This document shows positions 16,010-23,494 of a stretch of DNA of 32,000 nt, piece by piece; position 1 is the first letter of the stretch; each line of letters opens with the position of its first letter. The notes under the pieces were generated by a model that had not been told where the DNA came from, did no database searches, and saw only the letters and a list, made by a program, of their open reading frames with translations. Source of the DNA: Methanothermobacter marburgensis str. Marburg. Its GTDB lineage: Archaea; Methanobacteriota; Methanobacteria; Methanobacteriales; Methanothermobacteraceae. The position numbers and the translations under genes were made by a program. Location: NCBI RefSeq assembly GCF_000145295.1, contig NC_014408.1, positions 1,200,001-1,232,000 on the forward strand, written 5' to 3'.

Positions 16010-16048
16010 AACCTATTTAAGTTTTGTCATTTATATTCATGAAAGGTG

Positions 16049-16348
16049 ATGGATGTGCTTGAGATACGCGTGCATGAGATAAGGGGTAAGTGCCCGGTGC
16101 ACCGGGAGGGGGACCGGATAACAGTTGACGACCCTGAGATAGACCTTGAAAGGACAGACGCCCTCTGCACACACGCCCTATCCACGATCCTGCACTACAC
16201 CACAATCCTTGAGAGGAACTGGTGTCCTGTGGAACTTGGACTCACAGTGGACGGCGACGAGGAGCACGCCTACATGCAGTGCGTGGACCCTGGCGAACCC
16301 TACACAGATGGCGGCACAGTCATATTCCAGGTTAGGGGACTCAGATAA
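16049..16348 (+). CDS. small Cys-containing protein (TIGR04076-like)
   Basis: About 100 aa with four Cys (GKCPVH, ALCTHAL, NWCPVE, MQCVDPG). Start uncertain among GTG 16046, ATG 16049 and GTG 16055 because of the AGGTGA at 16044-16049. Confidence 0.5.
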   Translation: MDVLEIRVHEIRGKCPVHREGDRITVDDPEIDLERTDALCTHALSTILHYTTILERNWCPVELGLTVDGDEEHAYMQCVDPGEPYTDGGTVIFQVRGLR

Positions 16349-16363
16349 GCTGGAAGGGAAACC

Positions 16364-16699
16364 ATGTTCTCAGACTGCAGATTCGGCTCCGTGACCTACA
16401 GGGGACGTGAATACAGATCAGACATCGTGGTGCACGTTGATGGGAGTGTGACACCAAGGAGGAAGGAGATATCAAGGAGGAAATACGGGACATCCCATGT
16501 CATGGCAGAGGAGGAACTTGAGGAACTCCTGGAAGAGAAACCTGAATCCATAATCATAGGCTCAGGGGTCCATGGAGCCCTTGAAACCGGGTTCAGATCA
16601 GATGCAACAGTTCTTCCCACCTGTGAGGCCATAAAGAGGTACAATGAGGAGAGGAGTGCCGGTAGGAGGGTTGCGGCCATAATACATGTGACCTGCTAA
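16364..16699 (+). CDS. Mth938-domain (DUF498) protein
   Basis: 111 aa. YRSDIVV...V.......E...LEELLEEKPESIIIGSGVHGAL matches the Mth938 fold family named after the M. thermautotrophicus protein. Four genes separate it from ppcA, consistent with locus numbers 938 to 943 as I recall them. Confidence 0.75.
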   Translation: MFSDCRFGSVTYRGREYRSDIVVHVDGSVTPRRKEISRRKYGTSHVMAEEELEELLEEKPESIIIGSGVHGALETGFRSDATVLPTCEAIKRYNEERSAGRRVAAIIHVTC

Positions 16700-17262
16700 T
16701 CGACAAGGCCCTCCATGTAAAGCCGGGCCCAGTAGTACCTCAGCATCCTCCTCCTTTCGGTGCAGTCCGGCATCTCAGATTCGAGGATACCCCAGAACCT
16801 CGGGCTGTGATTCATCTCCCGGAGGTGGGCCAGTTCATGGAGCACCACGTACTCCACCATCCTGTCCGGGAGATGGGAGAGGAGGGTGTTGAAGCTCAGA
16901 TTGCCCCTGGAGCTGCAGCTACCCCAGCGGGACCTCATCCTCCTGAAACGGACCCTCCCATATTCGACGCCCAGGACATCAGAGTAATGGTCCAGGAATC
17001 CGCTGACCAGTGATCTCAGTTCCTTATCCCGCCGGTACTCCAGTTCCATGTCAGATGCCCTCTCAAGCATCTCATGGAACTCATGGATCTTCCTCTGGAT
17101 CCAGTCACTCCTGGATGATAGAACCTCCATGGGGTCCCCGGTGAAATCTGCGGGGAGTATCAGGCGCAGGCTGTCGAATCTCAGCTCAATCCTCGGGTTC
17201 TTAACCCTCCTGTATATGACCTCACATCTGACCTCCAGGTCCCCGGCCATGAATCTGTCCAT
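16696..17262 (-). CDS. DUF45/YgjP-like zinc metallohydrolase (COG1451)
   Basis: HELAHLREMNHSPRFW (HExxH...H) near the C-terminus. ATG 17262 is 4 nt after the hsdR stop. The ORF track starts at TTG 17283. Confidence 0.85.
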   Translation of the reverse strand: MDRFMAGDLEVRCEVIYRRVKNPRIELRFDSLRLILPADFTGDPMEVLSSRSDWIQRKIHEFHEMLERASDMELEYRRDKELRSLVSGFLDHYSDVLGVEYGRVRFRRMRSRWGSCSSRGNLSFNTLLSHLPDRMVEYVVLHELAHLREMNHSPRFWGILESEMPDCTERRRMLRYYWARLYMEGLVD

Positions 17263-17266
17263 TTTA

Positions 17267-20200
17267 TCACTGATACCTCTCAAATATTTTCATAAGATCT
17301 TCCTGTGCTTCATCGGCGATCTGCCTTCTTTTGGGCGCATCCTTCGGGAGGTTCCTCAGGAGGAAAACCCTTATGATTCTCATAACATTCCTCTTAACGC
17401 TCTCCTGGGACGTCCATCCAGGGAATATGTTCCCATCAACCTCCTCTGTAAGGGCAACAGCATATTCCTTCAGTTTATCCTCTGGTATACCTCTACCCCT
17501 GAGGGTCATCAGGACCGCGAACTCCTTCTCGTCAAGACCGAGCTCCTTCATTCTGCGCTCCTCCTTCCAGATCTCTCTTATGATGGCAGCGCCCTCCCTG
17601 TAGAGTTCCTCGTAGTCCATGGTTTTCTCCCTCCACTGTTCCAGGAGGCGTTCAACCTTTTCAGCCACCGATTCATAGATGGGGTTCCTTGTGCCATTCC
17701 TGAGGACATATGAGTTGAGTGTGTAGACTGTTAAGGCAGCCTTATCCCTTATATCCCTGACCTTCCTGAGGTTTTCAAAGTAATCGGAGTCAAATTCTAT
17801 TACCGGGAGTTTACTTTCTATTTCCCTGAACTCTGTGGTCCTGTGGATGTATTTGAGGGTTTTCTGGTAATACCTTTCAGTTTCGGCTTCAACTGATGGT
17901 TTCCTTGATACGACTCTCTGATAGTATGTGTAGATGACCGTGAGCCACCTGTAATCCTTGAGGCCATGCCTTATGAAGGGCTGGTCAGAGAGCAGCTCGA
18001 AGAGCCTTCTGAGTTCACGGTAATTCTCTGTGAATTTCTTTTCGAGTTCTTCATCAGAGGTTATGAGTTCAACCGCGTCGGAGAGGACCTCAATATCCAT
18101 CCCATCCCATTCAAGGTCGCTGAAGATCCTGAGGGTCTCCCTGAGTAGCTCCTCGTATTCCCTCTTCATGGATTCCATATCGTATACTGCGCCCTCATAC
18201 TCCTCCTTACTGTAGAGCTCAAATGCGCGCCTCAGTTCCGCCCCCATGACTCCAATGTAATCTATTATGAGGCCTGCCTCCTTGACGTCCCTGTAGGGTC
18301 TGTTTGTTCTTGCAACTGCCTGCAGCAGTCTGTGTTCCTTCAGTGGCTTGTCGAGGTACATGGTCTGGAGTATGGGTGCGTCGAATCCTGTGAGGAGCAT
18401 ATCCGTCACTATGAGTATCCGGGGGTTCCTATCAGGGTCCCTGAACCTTTCCAGTACCAGGTTTTTAATCTCATGGTGGTTCCTGCCATGGTATTTATCC
18501 ATGAGTTCCTCATCATAGGCCCTTATTATCTCCTCGTCCCGTGGAGTGTAGGTCATTACGATCTCAGAGTACTCTGGTGGGAGGTGCCTGTCGAGTTCCC
18601 TCTTGTAGAGGACGCATGCCCTTCTGCTTGGAGCCACAACCATGGCCTTGAATCTTCCATCGATGTTCTCTTTGAAGTGTTTCGCGATGTCCTCTGCTAT
18701 TAGCTCTATCCTGCGAGGGTTCTCGAGGATGGTTTTTATGGTGTCCAGTTTCCTTTTAACAGATTCCTCAACGTCCTTCCTTATGGATTCTGGCAGTTCC
18801 TCGAATTCCACACCGATGAATGCCTCCAGGTGCTTCCTGTCAAGGTGGACGTCACCTGCGAGTCTCGGCTGATAGGTTATCTTCACGGTGAAGCCGTCCC
18901 TTATGGAGTCTGTTATGAAGTACTGGTGGATGTATTTCTCTTCGGGGGGGTATGCGAACCTATCATAGGTGTCGCGTTCCCTCTTTGATATGGGTGTTCC
19001 TGTGAAGCCGAAGAAGAACGCTGATCTCAGCATGTCCTTCATCTGGGCTGCCAGGAGGCCATACTGACTCCTGTGGGCCTCATCAATGAAGACTATGACG
19101 TTCTTCCTGTCCATTATGGTTTCTCCTCCATGTTCCCTGAGTTCGGCTGTTATATCATCAAGTTTGTCTGTGAATTTCTGTATGAGTGTTATGAATAGGC
19201 CCCTCTTTCCCCGGTAGTCATCGCTGGCTATTGTTCTCTTTAATTCTGCTATGGATTCTATTCTTTCAGGCTGGTGGATTTCCAGTGCCGCGAGTTCTGC
19301 GTATAACTGTTCCTCAAGTTCTCTGCGGTCCACTATGAAGAATACTGTTGGGTTCTCCAGTTCCTTCATCCTGTAGAGTTTACTGGCCGCGAATATCATT
19401 GTCAGGGTTTTGCCTGATCCCTGCCAGTGCCATATGAGGCCCCTGTTCCTTTTATCTTCTCCCCTGATGTTCCTAAGGACCCTTTCAACTATCCTCTCAG
19501 CTGCATGGTACTGCATGTGCCTTGCTATGACCTTGGTTGTTGATCCGAACTCTGTCCTTATGTAGATGTAGTTCCTGATGAAGTCGAGCACCCTTTCTGG
19601 TCTGAGGAGTGGGAGTATATCTGCGGCCGGGAGTCCTGTGTGGTGCTCATGGCCCTGTTTTCTGGATTTTTGAGGGAGTTTACCATCCGTCTCCCTCCAC
19701 TCGAAGGTGGGGACCTCATCAAGCCAGGGAACTATCGGGAAGTACCTTGCAAAGTCTTCAGCAGCGACACCCATCTGTACGTACTTGTAGAGTTCCGGCA
19801 CTGTCTTCTCATAGTCCTTTATCTGCCGGTAGGCGTCCGCCCATGTCTCTGACATCCCCACGGGGTTTTTGAGTTCTATGTTCACGAGGGGGATGCCGTT
19901 GATGAAGAGCATTATGTCTGTCCTTATGGTCTGGTCACCACGACGGAATACGACCTGCCTTGATGCTGTGAATGAGTTGTGGCTTGGGGTATCGTGGTCA
20001 AGGATTTTGACCTTCCTGGGTTCCCCTGTTGTGGCAGATTTTATGTAAACGCCATTTTTAAGGTATTCAAGTATCGATTTGCATCCCTCAATGCTTGCTG
20101 CTTTACCCCGGAGCTCTTGGATGACCTGCTGTATATCATCATCCTCTATATACTGGTTGATCCTTCTTATGGAGTCTATCAGCTCAGATTCTATGAGGGG

Positions 20201-20308
20201 GTTTTCAGGGTCATCCCTCCCAAGTTCGGCGGCCGGTATATCATTCCAGCCCATTCCCCTCAGTTCCTTCATGAAGTAGTCTTCAAGGGCCTCCTCATTT
20301 AATTTCAT
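17267..20308 (-). CDS. hsdR: type I restriction enzyme, R subunit
   Basis: 1013 aa. PD-(D/E)xK-like DIMLFINGIPLVNIELK, helicase motif I WQGSGKTLTM, motif II DEAHRSQ, and a long helical C-terminal region. Confidence 0.95.
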   Translation of the reverse strand: MKLNEEALEDYFMKELRGMGWNDIPAAELGRDDPENPLIESELIDSIRRINQYIEDDDIQQVIQELRGKAASIEGCKSILEYLKNGVYIKSATTGEPRKVKILDHDTPSHNSFTASRQVVFRRGDQTIRTDIMLFINGIPLVNIELKNPVGMSETWADAYRQIKDYEKTVPELYKYVQMGVAAEDFARYFPIVPWLDEVPTFEWRETDGKLPQKSRKQGHEHHTGLPAADILPLLRPERVLDFIRNYIYIRTEFGSTTKVIARHMQYHAAERIVERVLRNIRGEDKRNRGLIWHWQGSGKTLTMIFAASKLYRMKELENPTVFFIVDRRELEEQLYAELAALEIHQPERIESIAELKRTIASDDYRGKRGLFITLIQKFTDKLDDITAELREHGGETIMDRKNVIVFIDEAHRSQYGLLAAQMKDMLRSAFFFGFTGTPISKRERDTYDRFAYPPEEKYIHQYFITDSIRDGFTVKITYQPRLAGDVHLDRKHLEAFIGVEFEELPESIRKDVEESVKRKLDTIKTILENPRRIELIAEDIAKHFKENIDGRFKAMVVAPSRRACVLYKRELDRHLPPEYSEIVMTYTPRDEEIIRAYDEELMDKYHGRNHHEIKNLVLERFRDPDRNPRILIVTDMLLTGFDAPILQTMYLDKPLKEHRLLQAVARTNRPYRDVKEAGLIIDYIGVMGAELRRAFELYSKEEYEGAVYDMESMKREYEELLRETLRIFSDLEWDGMDIEVLSDAVELITSDEELEKKFTENYRELRRLFELLSDQPFIRHGLKDYRWLTVIYTYYQRVVSRKPSVEAETERYYQKTLKYIHRTTEFREIESKLPVIEFDSDYFENLRKVRDIRDKAALTVYTLNSYVLRNGTRNPIYESVAEKVERLLEQWREKTMDYEELYREGAAIIREIWKEERRMKELGLDEKEFAVLMTLRGRGIPEDKLKEYAVALTEEVDGNIFPGWTSQESVKRNVMRIIRVFLLRNLPKDAPKRRQIADEAQEDLMKIFERYQ

Positions 20309-20322
20309 GTTCTATCCCCCCC

Positions 20323-21495
20323 CTATGATGTTATTCTGACCCTCCTTTTACCTGTCAGGAGGTCGTTCATGAGCCCCCTCTTTATGTTTTCAAGTTTAAC
20401 CTTCCTCTCCGTGAGGAGCTCGAGCCTTCTGTCCACATCCTGGAGTATCTCTGAAATCCTTTTCTGCTCCTCAAGAGGGGGAAGAGGGACTTTAAAGTTA
20501 TTGATGAATGTTTGAGTTATAATAGGGTGAGTTGTCTTTGTTGCAAATCTTTTAAGATCTTTAAATTTAATTAAATAAAACATGAAATGCACATTGACAC
20601 GCTTTGAATCATAGGATTCAGTATAAATAGCATTATCACTGACCCAAACACATCCTTTTGAGAGGTGGACCTCGCCAGAGGATCCCACTCTCCCAAATAT
20701 CAGTGCCTTATCCTTAGTTTTCAAATAATTGGAAGTTAATCCCATTTTTCCATTAGCACCATATATTGGTATTTCTCCCTCATTCAAAACAGGGGGCCTT
20801 TTTCCATTTTTAAAAGTGAATAAATCACCTAACTTAACAACATCCCAATCCACAGGAATCCTGCCAACAGGGGAATCCTTAAATTCCGTATGGTTGATGC
20901 CCTCCATCAGAAGCCTCTGCATGAGACCCCTCTTAAGTTTCTCTGTAACCCCTATCTCCTTATTAACCTTCTCTATCGCACCATCAACATCCTGGAGTAT
21001 CTCTGAAATCCTTTTCTGCTCCTCAAGAGGAGGAAGAGCCATCCTAAATTTACTAATTGCTTTCCACGATGTCCTTGGATGGTTAGTTCCTGAAGTCGTA
21101 GATACTGCTCTTTGAATAAATTGATTTGTATGAATAAAATAGATAAGAAATTCAGGAATTATCCTATCGGAGGGTGTTAAGACTATTAAATCCGTTGAAC
21201 AAATTCCATTTATATCCGCTAATACTGCTTTATCGAGATACGGTCTCAGTTTACCATATAAAATATCTCCAGTGTAAAATCTGTACTTTGTACTGCGGAT
21301 ACCTTCATCAGACACATATTCACAAAGTTTAGTTTCTCCAGATCTTATATGTTCTAACCCAACAAAATTATTTTTACCTTCCCCCGCGGGTTGAATGGAC
21401 TCTCTTCTCTGATCCACAACCTCACCCAAACTGACAACATCCCAATCCACAGGAATCCTGCCAACAGGAGAATCCTTGAATTCCACAGTATTCAC
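20323..21495 (-). CDS. hsdS: type I restriction enzyme, S (specificity) subunit with two TRDs
   Basis: Internal duplication of EFKDSPVGRIPVDWDVV and LPPLEEQKRISEILQDVD flanks two dissimilar AT-rich target-recognition domains. ATGA overlap with hsdM. Confidence 0.9.
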   Translation of the reverse strand: MNTVEFKDSPVGRIPVDWDVVSLGEVVDQRRESIQPAGEGKNNFVGLEHIRSGETKLCEYVSDEGIRSTKYRFYTGDILYGKLRPYLDKAVLADINGICSTDLIVLTPSDRIIPEFLIYFIHTNQFIQRAVSTTSGTNHPRTSWKAISKFRMALPPLEEQKRISEILQDVDGAIEKVNKEIGVTEKLKRGLMQRLLMEGINHTEFKDSPVGRIPVDWDVVKLGDLFTFKNGKRPPVLNEGEIPIYGANGKMGLTSNYLKTKDKALIFGRVGSSGEVHLSKGCVWVSDNAIYTESYDSKRVNVHFMFYLIKFKDLKRFATKTTHPIITQTFINNFKVPLPPLEEQKRISEILQDVDRRLELLTERKVKLENIKRGLMNDLLTGKRRVRITS

Positions 21496-23264
21496 ATTTT
21501 CACCCCCATATACCCAAGTTCATCCAGGTAACCCCTTATCCTCTCATCAACTTCAGCGAGTTCCTCCTCGATCTCTGAGAGGCGCATCCACTCACCCGCC
21601 ACATCAATATCCTCGAGCTCCTCCTCAGGGAATGCGTAGAGGGGCACGTTCAGATTATAATCATTCTCACGGATCTCATCAAGGTCAACAACCCTTGAGA
21701 ATCCATCATCATCCTGGAACTCCCTGTAGGCCTCAAGTATCCTCTCAATGTTCCCATCAGATAGGATGTTCAGCTTCCTGACCTCAGGGTGCTTCTCATA
21801 CTCCTCACCTGCATTGATGAAGAGGACCTTACCCCTCCTTTCCTCATCCTTATCCTTGTTGAGGATTATTATTGCCCCCGGGGCACCTGTATTGTAGAAT
21901 AATTTTTCAGGGAGAAGTATAACCGCCTCTATGAGGTCGTCCTCCAGTACAGCTGACCTTATACTCTTCTCACGGCCACCCCTGAAGAGGCAACCATTAT
22001 CTATAACCACACCTATCCTCCCGTCATCCTTGGCAGAGGCTATCATGTGCTGTATCCATGCCCAGTCAGCGGACTGCTTGTTCACAAATCCGTACCTGAA
22101 TCTCTCCCTCCAGTAATCCCCCTTCTTGAGGGTGTCCTCACCGTAACCATCCTGGTTCCATGGTGGGTTGGCTATCACTACGTCGAACCTCATGATCCCG
22201 TCTGATTCCTTGAATTTGGGGTAGAGGAGTGTGTCACCATGGGCTATGTGGTGATCCTTTATGTCATGTATGTACATGTTCATTGATCCTAAGGCCATTG
22301 TCTTCCTGTTGACCTCCTGTCCGTAGAGGAAGAGCCTTTCGGCCTCACCATAGGTCTCCTTAACGTACTTGTGGGATATTATGAGCATACCATTGGACGC
22401 TGATGCCGGGTCGTAGACGCTTTCGCCGGGTTTTGGGTCGAGTATCTCGACCAGTAGCCTTATAACCTCCCTGGGTGTGTAGACCTCGCCCTCCTTGGCC
22501 TTGGTTGGGGCGAAGTATCTCAGTATCCATTCATAGGCGTCTCCAAGGATGTCGGGGTCAACGTTTGTGAGTTTCTTCTCACTGAATAGTTCAACGAGCT
22601 GCCTGAGTATCTCCCGGTTCTCCTGACTCTGTGTGAACTCCACGAAGTCAAAGGCGTCCACCACGTCCTTGAAGGCAGGGTTGAGTTCTGCGAGGTTCTT
22701 GAGGGCCCCTGCAAATTTTATGGGCAGGTTCTCAACGTCCTTCCTTATGTTGTCCCACAGGTAATCCTCCTTTATGTCAAGGTCATGGTATGCACTGTTA
22801 CGTGCCTCAAGCCTCGCCTCCTCCTCACTGAGGCCATACTCCTTTATGGCATCCTCGTATGCCTTCTGGTACTCCATCATCCACTTGTCACTCATCTGTT
22901 TCATGAACAGGAGGACCAGGATGAACTTGTAGTCGACCCTTGTCCTTATGAGGTCTGCTGCCCCCTTGAGTATCCTCTCTATGTCTGCACGGCCAAGTTT
23001 ATCGTCCTTGAGGGTGAGGTAATCCTGTATGATCTCTGATTTGGGTCTGAGCATGTAGATACTTCTTCTCTCATCAGCGGGATCCTTTCTTGTCTCTATC
23101 CACCCCTTCTTCCTCATCTCGGATATTGCAGCTGAAAGGGACTTTTCATCAATTAGATGTTCCTTTCCAAGTATTTCAAGGGCCTCAGTGCTCCTGAATT
23201 CCCGGTCCTCAAATTTATCCCAGAGGAGGTCATATTTTTCTTCAAGCCATTTTGGTAGTTTCAT
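21492..23264 (-). CDS. hsdM: type I restriction enzyme, M subunit (N6-adenine methyltransferase) with N-terminal winged-helix extension
   Basis: Motif IV NPPW (VIANPPWNQ), motif I region DPASASNGML, and an HsdM_N-like LIRTRVDYKFILVLLFMKQMSD. It also has ~90 extra N-terminal residues with a MarR-like wing (RKDPADERRSIYMLRP). Confidence 0.95.
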   Translation of the reverse strand: MKLPKWLEEKYDLLWDKFEDREFRSTEALEILGKEHLIDEKSLSAAISEMRKKGWIETRKDPADERRSIYMLRPKSEIIQDYLTLKDDKLGRADIERILKGAADLIRTRVDYKFILVLLFMKQMSDKWMMEYQKAYEDAIKEYGLSEEEARLEARNSAYHDLDIKEDYLWDNIRKDVENLPIKFAGALKNLAELNPAFKDVVDAFDFVEFTQSQENREILRQLVELFSEKKLTNVDPDILGDAYEWILRYFAPTKAKEGEVYTPREVIRLLVEILDPKPGESVYDPASASNGMLIISHKYVKETYGEAERLFLYGQEVNRKTMALGSMNMYIHDIKDHHIAHGDTLLYPKFKESDGIMRFDVVIANPPWNQDGYGEDTLKKGDYWRERFRYGFVNKQSADWAWIQHMIASAKDDGRIGVVIDNGCLFRGGREKSIRSAVLEDDLIEAVILLPEKLFYNTGAPGAIIILNKDKDEERRGKVLFINAGEEYEKHPEVRKLNILSDGNIERILEAYREFQDDDGFSRVVDLDEIRENDYNLNVPLYAFPEEELEDIDVAGEWMRLSEIEEELAEVDERIRGYLDELGYMGVKM

Positions 23265-23316
23265 ATTATCACCTTCAGTTAAGGTGGCAGTCCTGCCTGC
23301 AATGATCCATGTCCAG

Positions 23317-23351
23317 ATTATACAAGCTAATTAACTTACTACTTGTATAAT
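23317..23351. promoter_or_regulatory. 10-bp perfect inverted repeat attatacaag-N15-cttgtataat in the hsdM/ppcA divergent promoter region
   Basis: Arms at 23317-23326 and 23342-23351. The right arm abuts TATA-like ataatttataac. Confidence 0.5.
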
Positions 23352-23494
23352 TTATAACTTTTAATATAAATATCTTTGTGCGGTATGGTGCTGTAAACCA
23401 ATTACATAGCATGTCATTTCAAGGTCCAGGTTCATTATCCTCATCATCATCCTTATATTCCAGTCCACAGAAATATCACCCCGGAGTGTTAAAC

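Noticed and set aside
17048-17713. 221-aa plus-strand ORF across the DUF45/hsdR junction
   Set aside because: It is entirely antisense to two well-supported genes. The sequence is low-complexity and Leu/Ser-rich, with no SD and no recognisable motif. It is a typical shadow ORF.
23378-23494. N-terminal extension of ppcA from GTG 23378
   Set aside because: The extension is Ser-rich and runs through promoter-like AT-rich DNA. The conserved PEPC N-terminus begins at ATG 23495, which has its own SD.
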